DNA of 64,000 nt from an uncultured Actinomycetota bacterium (GCA_963782155.1 CAWAIZ010000001.1:31878-95877); one strand, 5' to 3'; positions 1 through 9,922 are shown, counted from the first letter of the stretch. The notes: a model not told the origin generated them from the letters alone. A program made the numbers and translations.

Positions 1-837
1 CTCGTCGAGCCAGCGGCCCTGGTGGAGGAACAGGTATCCGAACCGCGCCATGTCCTCGCAGGTCGTCTGCACGCCGAAGAACGTGTTGGTGTTGCCCGCC
101 GGGTCGGTGGTCATCTCGGTGTGGGACATGCCGATCGGCGCGAACAGCCGCTCGGCGGCGTACTCGTGCGTCGGCGTGCCCGTGGCCCGCGAGACCACCC
201 GGTCGAGGGTCTGGATCGCGGCGTTGTTGTAGGCCCACACCTCGCCCGGCGGGTACTGCTGCTTCAAGTCGATCGCGAGCTGGGTCCGGTTCTCTGCCTG
301 CGGCAGCTCGCCGTAGTCGGTGGCCGGGTCCCAGAACCGTCCGCTGTCGTTGCTGAGGAGGTTGCGGATCGTCACGCCACGCGACTTCGTGCCGCGCCAC
401 TCCTCGACGTACCTCTTCGCCGGCTGGTCGATGTCCAGGTCGCCGTCCGCCTGCGCCATCCCGACGAGCGTGCTCGTGACGGACTTGGTCATCGAGAAGA
501 CCTCGCGCGGGGTGTCGGCCGCGACGTTGCGCCAGTTCCACTCCCCGACGACCTTGCCCTTGCGCGCGACCAGCAGGCACGTGGTCCCCGTGGCCTTGGC
601 GTCCCGCGCGATCCGCTTCATCGCCCGCGGGTCGAAGCCCAGCCGGGCCGGGTCGGCGTGCAGCCAGCTGTCACCGGGGTACGTCGTGCCGTCCTTGGCC
701 TGGGTACGTGCGGGGCTTGCGGACACCTCGGCTTTCGAGGCGGCCGGCGCGTCGTCGGACGTCCCGCCGCCCGAGCACGCGGCCGTCGCCAGGGCACCCA
801 GCAGCGCCACGGCAACCGACGAGGTGCGGCGGATCAT
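1..837 (-). CDS. Serine hydrolase, beta-lactamase (class C/AmpC-like) family lipoprotein; 3' end runs off the window
   Basis: Manually translated from ATG at 837 (absent from the ORF track because it has no stop in the window): MIRRTSSVAVALLGALATAAC lipobox-like signal, SMTK (SxxK) and WAYNN (YxN) motifs; TAGCCT -10-like box 8 nt upstream. Confidence 0.85.
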   Translation of the reverse strand, partial: MIRRTSSVAVALLGALATAACSGGGTSDDAPAASKAEVSASPARTQAKDGTTYPGDSWLHADPARLGFDPRAMKRIARDAKATGTTCLLVARKGKVVGEWNWRNVAADTPREVFSMTKSVTSTLVGMAQADGDLDIDQPAKRYVEEWRGTKSRGVTIRNLLSNDSGRFWDPATDYGELPQAENRTQLAIDLKQQYPPGEVWAYNNAAIQTLDRVVSRATGTPTHEYAAERLFAPIGMSHTEMTTDPAGNTNTFFGVQTTCEDMARFGYLFLHQGRWLDE

Positions 838-884
838 CGCTCGCGAGGCTATCCGGGCGACGGTGACGGCTCCGCGGTTCCGAT

Positions 885-1217
885 CTAGGAGACGCTGCCA
901 CCCGCCTTGAGCGCCTTGGACTTCACCTTGTCCGCCGCCGTGTACTTGACGGTGGGGAACAGGCCCACGGTCCACTCCCCGCACGGGCGGTACCACGCTC
1001 GGCGGAACTCATCGGTCTGGTAAGGAGCCTGGCCACCGAGAACCTGCTTGACCTTGGACTTGGACATGCCCGGCTTGACGGCCTTGTACTCGGCCTGGCT
1101 GACGCACATGGCCTGCGCCTGCCGGTCGGTGGGAGTGGCCTGGGCCGAGGCCCCGGTCATCAGGGTGCCGCCAGTCAAGGCGGTCATGGTGGCAAGCGCC
1201 ACCATCATTCTCTTCAT
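885..1217 (-). CDS. Small secreted protein with BLIP/DUF3862/SmpA-like motif
   Basis: MKRMMVALATMTALTGG signal peptide; CVSQAEYKAVKPGMSKSKVKQVLG resembles the 'xEFxxIKxGMTxxEVxxILG' motif. Confidence 0.55.
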   Translation of the reverse strand: MKRMMVALATMTALTGGTLMTGASAQATPTDRQAQAMCVSQAEYKAVKPGMSKSKVKQVLGGQAPYQTDEFRRAWYRPCGEWTVGLFPTVKYTAADKVKSKALKAGGSVS

Positions 1218-1399
1218 CTTGATGCCCCCCGGCTCTCGGTTGGGTGCGGGGCCGTGACAACCCCGGTCTGCCGTGCGACACGGTGGTGGGTCGACCCCGG
1301 CCGCGTCCCGAGGGGGCAAAGGTATCGCTGCCTGTGGCCAGCGGGGAGACCCCTGGATGGGCTCGCGGACAGCGGCGGCCCCGGCGCTAGCCTCGGGTC

Positions 1400-1891
1400 G
1401 TGCCGAGCCTGCTGGTGGTCCACCACTCCCCCACGCCGGGCGTGCAGGCGCTCACCGACCGCGTCGTCGAGGGCGCGCACGATGACGCGATCGAGGGTGT
1501 CGAGGTTCTCGTGCGGCCTGCCCTGGAGGCGCGAGCCGCCGACGTGCTGGCCGCGGACGGGTTCCTGCTGGGGACGACCGCGAACTTCGGCTACATGAGC
1601 GGGGCCCTCAAGCACTTCTTCGACACCATCTTCCTCGAGGCCGGCGGCGCCCTCGGCGACGACGGCTCGGCCGCACGTGGAGGCGGCGGCGGGAAGAGGC
1701 CCTGGGGGCTGTTCGTGCACGGGCGGTACGACACGACCGGCGCCGTCCGCTCGGTCGAGTCGATCGTCCAGGCGCTGCCCTGGCGGCAGGCCGCCCCGGT
1801 GCTCCAGGTGCTGGGCGACCCCACCCAGGAGCAGCTCGCCGCGGCGTACGAGCTCGGCGGCACCCTGGCTGCGCTCGTCGCCGAAGGGTGA
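1400..1891 (+). CDS. Flavodoxin family protein (NADPH-dependent FMN reductase-like)
   Basis: LLVVHHSPT, GTTANFGYMSGALKHFFD, HGRYDTTGA motifs; TAGCCT 6 nt before GTG. Confidence 0.85.
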   Translation: MPSLLVVHHSPTPGVQALTDRVVEGAHDDAIEGVEVLVRPALEARAADVLAADGFLLGTTANFGYMSGALKHFFDTIFLEAGGALGDDGSAARGGGGGKRPWGLFVHGRYDTTGAVRSVESIVQALPWRQAAPVLQVLGDPTQEQLAAAYELGGTLAALVAEG

Positions 1892-1924
1892 GCGCGGAGG
1901 TACCCCTCAGTAGGATCGCCCCCC

Positions 1925-2731
1925 GTGACCCGTCCCGCCCACCGCGCCGCCGCCGTCCTGGTGGCCGCGGTGACCGCGCTGGTGCTGACGGGCTGCAAGC
2001 AGGACCTGCCGCCGAACGCCGACCCGGACCAGGTCGACGCCGTCGAGGCCCCTGACCTGGGTGCGTGCCGGCTGCTGACCACCGACGACGTCGCACAGCC
2101 GAGCAACGCGACCGTGACGGTCGACTGCGGCGAGAAGCACACGGCCCAGACGTACGCCGTCGGGTCGCTGCCGGAGTCCCTGCAGGACGTCGAGTACGAC
2201 GCGAAGGAGCTCGACGCGTTCGCCTTCGCGAAGTGCTCCGGCCGCTTCAGGAAGTACGTCGGCGCAGACGAGAGCACGGCGATGCGCACCATCCTCACCT
2301 GGGCCTGGTTCCGGCCGTCGCCGGAGGCCTGGGACCAGGGCGCCCGGTGGTACCGGTGCGACGTCGTCGGCGGCGGTGACCAGACCAAGGACCTGGTCGA
2401 CCTGCCCGCCGACGTGCAGGGGCTGCTCGTGCAGGCCGACGACGACTGGCTCGTGTGTGCTGCGGGCCCGACCGTCGACGGCTCGGTCAAGGTGCCGTGC
2501 TCGGCCGCCCACGACTGGCGGGCGGTGTCGACGATCAAGCTCGGCGAGCCCGACGACGAGTACCCCGGCGACGAGGCGTCGGCGAAGACCACCCGCGACT
2601 ACTGCTCCAAGTCGGTCGGCGCCTGGCTCGGGTACCCCGTCGACTACGACTTCGGCTACACCTGGTTCCACGAGGCGGAGTGGGTGGCCGGCAACCGCCG
2701 GTCGGTCTGCTGGGCGCAGACGAGCCAATGA
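1925..2731 (+). CDS. Septum formation family (Cys-rich) lipoprotein, paralog 1
   Basis: LTGC lipobox; VDCGEKHTAQTY, WYRCDVV, VPCSAAHDW and SVCW pattern. Confidence 0.75.
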   Translation: MTRPAHRAAAVLVAAVTALVLTGCKQDLPPNADPDQVDAVEAPDLGACRLLTTDDVAQPSNATVTVDCGEKHTAQTYAVGSLPESLQDVEYDAKELDAFAFAKCSGRFRKYVGADESTAMRTILTWAWFRPSPEAWDQGARWYRCDVVGGGDQTKDLVDLPADVQGLLVQADDDWLVCAAGPTVDGSVKVPCSAAHDWRAVSTIKLGEPDDEYPGDEASAKTTRDYCSKSVGAWLGYPVDYDFGYTWFHEAEWVAGNRRSVCWAQTSQ

Positions 2732-3576
2732 GACGCGCCGTCGTCCTCGCCGCCGCCGCGCTCCTCCTCGCCGGGTGTACGTCGGACGGCAGCAACCCCG
2801 ACGCAGGCCCGACCCCGTCGAGCCCGAGCGCGAGCGAGTCGGCAACCGACTCGTCCCCCTCCGCCACCCCGACCTTGGCGAAGGCCGTGCCACCGCCGCC
2901 CGATCGAGCCTGCTACGCCTACGAGTACCGCTCCGCTGTGGCTCCGGTTGCCCACGGCGACCCCGTCCCGTGCGACCGTCCGCACACGGCGATCACGTTC
3001 CGGGTCGGCGACCTCGACACCGTGGTCGACGGCCACCTGGTCTCGGTGGACTCCCAGCGCGTTCAGGACCAGGTGGCCCGGGACTGCCCGGCCGCCTTCG
3101 ACGCCTTCGTGGGCGGCACCGACGAGGTACGCCGCCTGACCATGCTCCGCCCGGTGTGGTTCACGCCGAGCCTCCACGAGTCGGACCGAGGCGCGAACTG
3201 GTACCGCTGTGACGCCGTCGCGATCGCCTCCGACGACGAGCTCGCGCCGCTGGTCGGCCGGCTCCAGGGCGTGCTGGGCCGGCCCCTGGCCCGCCAGCGG
3301 TACGCCATCTGCGGCACCGCCGCTCCGGGCACCCCGGGCTTCGAGCGGGTGATCTGCGCCCAGGAGCACGCCTGGAAGGCCATCGGAACCGTCGAGGTGC
3401 CCGGCACGACGTACCCCGGCGTAGAGAAGTCCCGTGCCGCCGGCCAGCAGCCCTGCCAGGACGCCGCCAACGCCGTCGCCGACGACCCGCTCAACTACCA
3501 GTGGGGCTATGAGTGGCCCACCGCCGCCCAGTGGAAGGCCGGCCAGCACTACGGCTTGTGCTGGGCGCCCGACTGA
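2728..3576 (+). CDS. Septum formation family (Cys-rich) lipoprotein, paralog 2
   Basis: ATGA overlap with upstream paralog; LAGC lipobox; VPCDRPHT, WYRCDAV, VICAQEHAW, GLCW. Confidence 0.75.
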   Translation: MRRAVVLAAAALLLAGCTSDGSNPDAGPTPSSPSASESATDSSPSATPTLAKAVPPPPDRACYAYEYRSAVAPVAHGDPVPCDRPHTAITFRVGDLDTVVDGHLVSVDSQRVQDQVARDCPAAFDAFVGGTDEVRRLTMLRPVWFTPSLHESDRGANWYRCDAVAIASDDELAPLVGRLQGVLGRPLARQRYAICGTAAPGTPGFERVICAQEHAWKAIGTVEVPGTTYPGVEKSRAAGQQPCQDAANAVADDPLNYQWGYEWPTAAQWKAGQHYGLCWAPD

Positions 3577-3624
3577 GACGAACAGCGGCGAGTGAGGAAC
3601 GAGCTCGTCGCGTGGGTTCGGCCA

Positions 3625-3751
3625 GGTCGAGCAAGCCCCGCGACCGAGGAAAGAGGTTGCGCCGGGCGCGTCGAGACCCGGTGAGCGGTCCGCCAACCTG
3701 TTGCGAGATCTCGACACGGGCTCGCCGGCGCTCGTCCCTCCTCAACCAGCG
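3625..3751. repeat. Pair of inverted REP-like elements between convergent genes
   Basis: GGTCGAG...GTCGAGACCC followed by GATCTCGAC...CCTCCTCAACCAGCG, matching the reverse complement of the 44651 element. Confidence 0.65.
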
Positions 3752-3764
3752 GTAGGTGTTCGGC

Positions 3765-4697
3765 TCAGAACCCCAGCTTGCGCAGCTGCTTCGGGTCGCG
3801 CTGCCAGTCCTTGGCGATCTTGACGTGCAGGTCGAGGTACACCGGCGTGCCGAGGAGCGCCTCGATCTGGTGGCGTGCGCGGGTGCCGACGTCGCGCAGA
3901 CGCGCGCCGTGGTGGCCGATGACGATGCCCTTCTGGGAGGACCGCTCGACATACAGGTTGGCGTGGATGTCGAGGAGCGGCCTGCCCTCGGGGCGGTCCT
4001 CGCGCAGGCCCATCTCCTCGACGACGACGGCGATGGAGTGCGGCAGCTCGTCGCGAACGCCGTCCAGCGCAGCCTCGCGGATCAGCTCGGCCACCAGGAT
4101 CTGCTCGGGCGCGTCGGTGAGGTCGCCGTCGGGGTAGAGCTGCGGGCCCTCGGGCAGCAGGCCGACCAGCAGGTCGGCCAGCAGGTCGGTCTGGCTGCCG
4201 GAGACCGCCGAGACCGGCACGACCTCCTGCCAGGTGGTCCCGGTCGACTCACCCAGCGCGGCGATGTCCAGCAGGTGCCGGCCGATCTGGTCGGGGGTCG
4301 CGAGGTCGGTCTTGGTGGCGACCGCGACCTTGAGCGTGCGACGTACCTTGCCCATCTCCTGCACGATGAACCGGTCTCCAGGCCCGATCTTCTCGTTCGC
4401 CGGGAAGCACACCGCGACCACGTCGACCTCGCCCAGCGTGGTCCTCACCAGGTCGTTGAGCCGCTCACCCAGCAACGTGCGGGGCCGGTGCAGCCCGGGG
4501 GTGTCGACCAGGATCAGCTGGGCGTCGGGCCGGTTCACGATCCCGCGCACCACCGTCCGGGTGGTCTGCGGCTTGTCGCTGGTGATCACCACCTTCTGGC
4601 CGACGAGGGCGTTGGTCAGCGTCGACTTGCCGGCGTTCGGCCGGCCGACGAACGAGACGAACCCGCTGCGGAACCCGTCGGTCACCGGCGACGTCAT
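3765..4697 (-). CDS. era: GTPase Era
   Basis: GRPNAGKST, TSDKPQTTR, DTPG, TKTD motifs; C-terminal KH domain VERSSQKGIVIG. Confidence 0.97.
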   Translation of the reverse strand: MTSPVTDGFRSGFVSFVGRPNAGKSTLTNALVGQKVVITSDKPQTTRTVVRGIVNRPDAQLILVDTPGLHRPRTLLGERLNDLVRTTLGEVDVVAVCFPANEKIGPGDRFIVQEMGKVRRTLKVAVATKTDLATPDQIGRHLLDIAALGESTGTTWQEVVPVSAVSGSQTDLLADLLVGLLPEGPQLYPDGDLTDAPEQILVAELIREAALDGVRDELPHSIAVVVEEMGLREDRPEGRPLLDIHANLYVERSSQKGIVIGHHGARLRDVGTRARHQIEALLGTPVYLDLHVKIAKDWQRDPKQLRKLGF

Positions 4698-5482
4698 CGG
4701 GCGACCTCCGCGTCGTACGCCGCCCAGATCTCCTCGTCGGACTTGCCCGCCGCCTTGCCCTCGCGCCAGATCGGCCCGGGGTCGACGGCGCGCGGCTGCC
4801 GCCTGCCGCCGCCGCGCCAGTAGCCCATCACGTCGTAGGCCGTGCTCGGCAGCCGTACCTCCCGCATCAGGTGCTTGCGGATCGCCCGCATCTGCGCGGA
4901 CTCGCCCGCCATCCAGAAGTACCCCTCGCCCTCGGGCCAGTCGATCCCCTCCACGACGGATGCGAGCGCGGACTCCCCCGGCCCGGGCGGCGCCAGCCAG
5001 GTGACATCGGCCCCCTCGGGGAGGTAAGCGGACAGGTCGTCGGGTACCTCGGCCCAGACCGCCACTCGCTGATCGAGCTTGTCGAGATCGACCGTCTCCA
5101 GGATCCGCGCCATCGCCGGCATCGCGGTCAGGTCCCCCACCAGCAGCAACCACGCGGCCGACGACGGCATCGCGAAGGAGCCCTTGGCCTCCAGGACCGT
5201 GACGACCTCGCCCACGCAGTCCCGCGAAGCCCATTCGGTGACCAGGCCCTCGTCGTGGATGACCACGTCGACCACCAGCTCGGTGCCGTTCCACGAGCGG
5301 ACCGTGTAATAGCGCGACTGGAACTGGCCGGGCACCACCAGCCCCACCCACTCGTCCGGGATCCCGGTCGAGTTGAAGCCCTCGGGCCCGTCGAGGCCGC
5401 CGAGCACCAGGCGGACGAGGTGTGGCGAGAGCGGCTCGCGACGCAGCACCGTCGCGGCGTACTCCCTCGCCTTCACGCTCAT
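4694..5482 (-). CDS. Siderophore-interacting protein (FAD-binding + SIP domain)
   Basis: SRYYTVR, DVVIHDEGLVTEWA, GDLTAMPA, WMAGES, MGYW; ATGA overlap with era. Confidence 0.88.
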   Translation of the reverse strand: MSVKAREYAATVLRREPLSPHLVRLVLGGLDGPEGFNSTGIPDEWVGLVVPGQFQSRYYTVRSWNGTELVVDVVIHDEGLVTEWASRDCVGEVVTVLEAKGSFAMPSSAAWLLLVGDLTAMPAMARILETVDLDKLDQRVAVWAEVPDDLSAYLPEGADVTWLAPPGPGESALASVVEGIDWPEGEGYFWMAGESAQMRAIRKHLMREVRLPSTAYDVMGYWRGGGRRQPRAVDPGPIWREGKAAGKSDEEIWAAYDAEVAR

Positions 5483-5536
5483 CCGCCCAGGCTAGTGGGC
5501 CCCGCTCGTGGGCCAGCTAGTCTGCTTCGGGTGACG

Positions 5537-6265
5537 GTGAGCCCGGAGCCCGAGGGGCCGGCCGGTTACAGCTACGGCGCCGTGATCGCCCGGACAGATG
5601 CGCGTGATCCGGTGCTCGCCCGGCTGCGGGACATCGCCTTCAGCGGCTGGGTCGCGCCGCCGGAGGACGGCTGGCTGGTCGTGCTGCCGGAGTCGGCGGA
5701 GGACGCGGTCGCCTCGGACCGCCGCGGCGTGGTCGGGGTCGGCGAGGCGCTGGCCGGTACGGCGTCCACCGTGCTCGCGGTCCGGGTGCTGCACGACCGG
5801 CAGCTTGCCCTGGTCGCGTGGGCCGACGGCCAGGAGGTCGCCAGGTACGTCAGCGACCCGTCGCGCGAGCCCGGTGCCGGCGCCGACGTGCACGACGACG
5901 CGGTGGGCGTCGAGGGTGCCGAGGCCCTCGCCGCGGCGTGCGGCCGCCCCGAGGCCGGCGAGGAGCTCGCCGAGCTGCTGGACGAAGGGCTCGACCCCGA
6001 CGAGGAGATCGAGTCGGAGCGGCTGAGCCGGGTGCTGGGCGTGCTGGGCCTGCCCGCCTGGCTGGTCAGCGCGTGGGTGCTGCCCAGACGGATGCCGATC
6101 GGCCCCTCGCCACGGGAGCTGACCCGCCTTGGCGCCGGCCGTCCCGGCCTGGGCGGGTGGGTAGCCGGCCGCGCGAGTCGCGCCGTGCGTCGGCGTCGAC
6201 CGGCGCCGGTGCTCGCCGACCCGCCGCGCGGAGGCGCCGGACCCGACGACCTCATGTGGCTGTGA
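5537..6265 (+). CDS. Hypothetical protein
   Basis: Coding-like 3' part of track ORF 4871..6265; GTGA overlap with downstream gene; start codon uncertain (5531 or 5537). Confidence 0.6.
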   Translation: MSPEPEGPAGYSYGAVIARTDARDPVLARLRDIAFSGWVAPPEDGWLVVLPESAEDAVASDRRGVVGVGEALAGTASTVLAVRVLHDRQLALVAWADGQEVARYVSDPSREPGAGADVHDDAVGVEGAEALAAACGRPEAGEELAELLDEGLDPDEEIESERLSRVLGVLGLPAWLVSAWVLPRRMPIGPSPRELTRLGAGRPGLGGWVAGRASRAVRRRRPAPVLADPPRGGAGPDDLMWL

Positions 6266-7320
6266 GCTCGGCAGCAGAGCCGGCCGCCGACCAGGCGTGG
6301 CGGCAGCGCCGCCGCTGGGCGTACGCCGCGTTCGTGGTCGGTCTGGCGCTCTTCGTCGCCCGGTTCGGCATCCCCACCGACCGGATCGGTCTCGCCGCGC
6401 TGGCGACGGGCTTCTTGTCGGTCGGCCTGCTGGGAAAGGGCTGGCGGGCCTGGGGCCGGATGCTGCTGGACTGGCTGCCCTTCCAGGCGGTCCTGCTGGC
6501 CTACGACTACAGCCGCGGCTTCGCCTCGCCGTACTCCGACGAGCAGATGGCTGCCCACGACTACCCCACTCAGGGCGTCCACAACGACCTCGGCCTGCCG
6601 CTGCAGGTGCACGCGCCGATCGACTTCGACCAATGGGTGATGAGGATCCTCGGCGGCGACCTCACACCCACCCAGTGGCTCCAGGAGCACCTGCACCCCG
6701 GACCGGTGGACGGCACGGCCATCCCGTGGTTCGCCATCGTGGTCAGCGCCGTCTACTCCTCGCACTACCTGGTCACCCCCGTCACCGCCGTCGTGCTGTG
6801 GATGCGCGACCGGCTGGAGTTCCGTCGCTGGATGACCTACGTCGTCACCCTCGCCGTCGCCGGCCTGACGACCTACGTCCTGCTGCCGACCGCCCCGCCC
6901 TGGTTGGCGTCGTCACAGGGCGACCTCGACGGGCCGCACGTGCTGCGGCTGACCTCCGAGGGGTTCGACCAGGTCGGCCTGCGGATGGTCGGGTCGGCCC
7001 TCACCCTCGGCCAGCACCTCGTCAACCCGGTGGCCGCGATGCCGTCCCTGCACGTCGCCTTCGCGACCCTCGCGGCCGGCTTCTGGTGGTCACGCGTGCA
7101 CGCGGCGTACCGGCCCCTGCTTCTGCTCTACCCGGCCCTGATGTGCTTCAGCCTGGCCTACGCCGGCGAGCACTACGTCCTCGACGAGGTCGCCGGAGCG
7201 GCGTACGCCGTGGTGATCCTGCTCGTGGCCCGGGCGCTGCGCCGGCGGCGTCAGGCCCAGGTGGAGCGGAGCGGGAACCCGACGGCGCCGTCGACACCGG
7301 TCTTCACCGCGAGCACGTGA
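6262..7320 (+). CDS. PAP2 superfamily membrane protein (Aur1/IPC-synthase-like, PAP2_3)
   Basis: Multiple TM segments; PTAPPW, NPVAAMPSLH and GEHYVLD motifs. Confidence 0.85.
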   Translation: MSSAAEPAADQAWRQRRRWAYAAFVVGLALFVARFGIPTDRIGLAALATGFLSVGLLGKGWRAWGRMLLDWLPFQAVLLAYDYSRGFASPYSDEQMAAHDYPTQGVHNDLGLPLQVHAPIDFDQWVMRILGGDLTPTQWLQEHLHPGPVDGTAIPWFAIVVSAVYSSHYLVTPVTAVVLWMRDRLEFRRWMTYVVTLAVAGLTTYVLLPTAPPWLASSQGDLDGPHVLRLTSEGFDQVGLRMVGSALTLGQHLVNPVAAMPSLHVAFATLAAGFWWSRVHAAYRPLLLLYPALMCFSLAYAGEHYVLDEVAGAAYAVVILLVARALRRRRQAQVERSGNPTAPSTPVFTAST

Positions 7321-8537
7321 TCGAGCTGGATCTCGTTCATCTCGAAGCCCATCCGCGACCCGGCCATGTAGAGACCCCACACGCGCGCGGTGCCCTCGCC
7401 GACCTCGGCCACGCACTCGTCCCAGTTGTCGACGAGGTTCTGGCACCAGGCGGCACAGGTCCGCATGTAGTGCAGGCGGAAGTTCTCGGCGTGCATCACC
7501 TCGAGGCCGGCGTCCTGCACCTCGGTGACGATCCGGCCGACGCCGGTCAGCTCACCGTCGGGGAAGACGTAGCGGTCGATGAACGCGCCGGTCTCCTGGC
7601 GCCGGTTGTGCGGCCGGGTGATGCAGTGGTTCAGCAGCCGGCCCTGGTCGCGGAGCTTGCTCTTCATGAACCCGAAGTAGTGGGGGTACTGCCGCACGCC
7701 GACGTGCTCGGTCAGGCCGATCGAGCTGATCGCGTCGAAGTCGCCCTCGAGCACGTCGCGGTAGTCGGAGTGGCGCACCTCGGCGAGGTTGGCCAGGCCC
7801 TCGCGGTCGATGGCCGCCTTGGCCCAGGACGCCTGCTCGGCCGAGAGCGTGGCGCCGAGCGCCTTGACGCCGTACTCGCGGGCGGCGAAGCGCACCATGC
7901 CGCCCCAGCCGCAACCCACGTCGAGCAGCCGCATGCCGGGCTTCAGGTCGAGCTTGCGGGCGATCAGGTCGTACTTGTAGTCCTGCGCCTCCTCGAGGGT
8001 CGCGTCGTCGTTCGGGTAGACGGCGCAGGTGTAGGTCATCGAGGGACCGAGGACCATCTCGTAGAAGCGGTTGGAGACGTCGTAGTGGTGGTGGATCGCC
8101 TCGGCGTCGCGGCCCATCGAGTGGCGCAGCCCCTCGACGGCCCGACGCCAGCGCGGGAGCGTCTCCTGCGCCGGGACCGGCGGCGGCTTGAGGTTCGCCC
8201 AGCCCAGGCCGCGCACGATCTGGAGGGCCTCGGCCGGCGTCGGCGGGCGGAACTTCAGGTGCCGGTAGAGCAGCACCAGCGCGTCGTAGGGGTCTCCCGG
8301 GTGCACGCCGATGATGTCGAGGTCGCCCATGACGTAGGCCCGCGCGAGGCCCAGGTCGCCCGGCGCCGTGAGGAGGTAGGCCAGGCCGCGCCGGTTCTTG
8401 AGGTGGAGGGTGATGTCCACCTCACCGGTGCCGACCGAGCTGCCGTCGTAGGCAGTGAAGAGCCCGGGCAGCTCCTCCTTCAGGAGCATCCCGAGCGCGT
8501 CGCCGATCCGAAGCTGTTGTTTCATGGGCGTGCTCAT
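7251..8537 (-). CDS. cfa: Cyclopropane/methylene fatty-acyl-phospholipid synthase (SAM methyltransferase; BfaB/TmsB/Cfa-like)
   Basis: HHYDVSNRFY, MTYTCA, LLDVGCGWGG, SIGLTEHVG, FIDRYVFPDGEL. Confidence 0.9.
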   Translation of the reverse strand: MSTPMKQQLRIGDALGMLLKEELPGLFTAYDGSSVGTGEVDITLHLKNRRGLAYLLTAPGDLGLARAYVMGDLDIIGVHPGDPYDALVLLYRHLKFRPPTPAEALQIVRGLGWANLKPPPVPAQETLPRWRRAVEGLRHSMGRDAEAIHHHYDVSNRFYEMVLGPSMTYTCAVYPNDDATLEEAQDYKYDLIARKLDLKPGMRLLDVGCGWGGMVRFAAREYGVKALGATLSAEQASWAKAAIDREGLANLAEVRHSDYRDVLEGDFDAISSIGLTEHVGVRQYPHYFGFMKSKLRDQGRLLNHCITRPHNRRQETGAFIDRYVFPDGELTGVGRIVTEVQDAGLEVMHAENFRLHYMRTCAAWCQNLVDNWDECVAEVGEGTARVWGLYMAGSRMGFEMNEIQLDHVLAVKTGVDGAVGFPLRSTWA

Positions 8538-9904
8538 CGCCGTCGCACCGCCTTGTCGTAGAGGGTTGTGAGTCTGTCGTCGGGGTCGTACTTCTGCTTG
8601 ACGGCGGCCAGGTGCTCCCCGTCGTAGAGGCGGTCGAAGGTCGCCCGGTCGTAGAACGCCTCGGAGTACAGCGACTTGTGTCCGCCGAGGTCGTGCACCT
8701 TGGCCTCGATGGCGCGGTTCTTCGGCGCGTTGTCGCGCTCGGGACCGACGTGGACGGTGCCCCAGAAGCCGACGTTGACGTAGGTCGTGCCGAGCTCGAG
8801 AGGGTACGTCGGCCACTCGCGCCGCCGGAGCTTCAACGGGCACAGCCAGACCGGCCGCATGCCGACCTCGGCGTCGAACCACTCGAGGAACTCGGGCAGC
8901 CGGTCGGCCGGGATCTCGACGTCCTGGATGACCCGCTCGCGCTCCGGGCGTCCGGCGCGCTTGTCGAGACGGTCGGCGATGTGGAACCGGTGGTCCCAGC
9001 CGACCATCTTGTAGTAGACGTCGGAGCGGCGGTACCGCCGCGGCCAGACCTTGCGCAGCCGCGGGTTCTGCGCGCCGAACGCCCCGGAGCACCAGAACCA
9101 GTCGGTGTCCCAGCGCCAGAGGTAGTCGTAGGTCGTGAGCAGGTCGGTCTCGCGCTCCTGGATCGAGCGGTAGTAGATCTGCTGGCCGGTGTAGTCGCTC
9201 GCGGTGGCGCCGCCAGCGGGGTGGTCGCTCCAGCGCGCGAGCGTCAGGTAGTAGTCGCCCGGCTCGAAGGCCACGCCGTCGACGCCGTCGACCCGCTCCC
9301 CACCGTATTCGCCCGCCTCGGTGATCATCGCGATCGTCTTCGTCAGCAGACCGGCGTCGTCAAAGCGGACGTGCCGCAGCGCGACGTGCGAGCGGATCGG
9401 CTCGAGCTCGATCCGCAGCCGGGTGGCGTAGCCGAGCGAGCCGTAGGAGTTGGGGAACGCGTCGAACAGCTCGTCGCCCGGCCGGGTGGTGACCACGTCG
9501 CCGGCACCGGTGAACACGTCCATCTCGATGACCGACTCGTGGGGCAGTCCGCTGCGGAAGCTGGTCGACTCGATGCCCAGGCCGGAGACCGCGCCGCCGA
9601 GGGTGATCGTGCGCAGCTGGGGCACGACGAGCGGCATCAGCCCGTAGGGCAGCGTGGCGTCCACGAGGTGCTCGTAGGTCGTCATGCCGGCCACGTCGGC
9701 GGTCCGCGCCTGCGGGTCGACGAAGATCACCCCGTCGAGGCCGCTGACGTCGAGGCCCGGCGTGTGGGTGGCCTGGCGGGGCCGGAAGAGGTTGGAGGTC
9801 TTCTTCGCCAACCGGACCGGCTGACCCGGCGGGATGGCGGCGTACGACGCGCGCAGCCGGTCTACCGCCTGCGCGTGCTCGTCCCAGGACCCCCCGGCAA
9901 TCAC
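8534..9904 (-). CDS. FAD-binding oxidoreductase (BfaA/TmsA-like, DHCR24-type)
   Basis: LAKKTSNLFR, VVPQLRTITLGGAV, FPNSYGSLGY, GGHKSLYS; ATGA coupling to the methyltransferase. Confidence 0.88.
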   Translation of the reverse strand: MIAGGSWDEHAQAVDRLRASYAAIPPGQPVRLAKKTSNLFRPRQATHTPGLDVSGLDGVIFVDPQARTADVAGMTTYEHLVDATLPYGLMPLVVPQLRTITLGGAVSGLGIESTSFRSGLPHESVIEMDVFTGAGDVVTTRPGDELFDAFPNSYGSLGYATRLRIELEPIRSHVALRHVRFDDAGLLTKTIAMITEAGEYGGERVDGVDGVAFEPGDYYLTLARWSDHPAGGATASDYTGQQIYYRSIQERETDLLTTYDYLWRWDTDWFWCSGAFGAQNPRLRKVWPRRYRRSDVYYKMVGWDHRFHIADRLDKRAGRPERERVIQDVEIPADRLPEFLEWFDAEVGMRPVWLCPLKLRRREWPTYPLELGTTYVNVGFWGTVHVGPERDNAPKNRAIEAKVHDLGGHKSLYSEAFYDRATFDRLYDGEHLAAVKQKYDPDDRLTTLYDKAVRRR

Positions 9905-9922
9905 GGCAAGTAACTTAGCGCG

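Noticed and set aside
22-910. Plus-strand track ORFs 22..888 and 320..910
   Set aside because: Shadow frames of the minus-strand serine hydrolase, which carries SxxK/YxN motifs.
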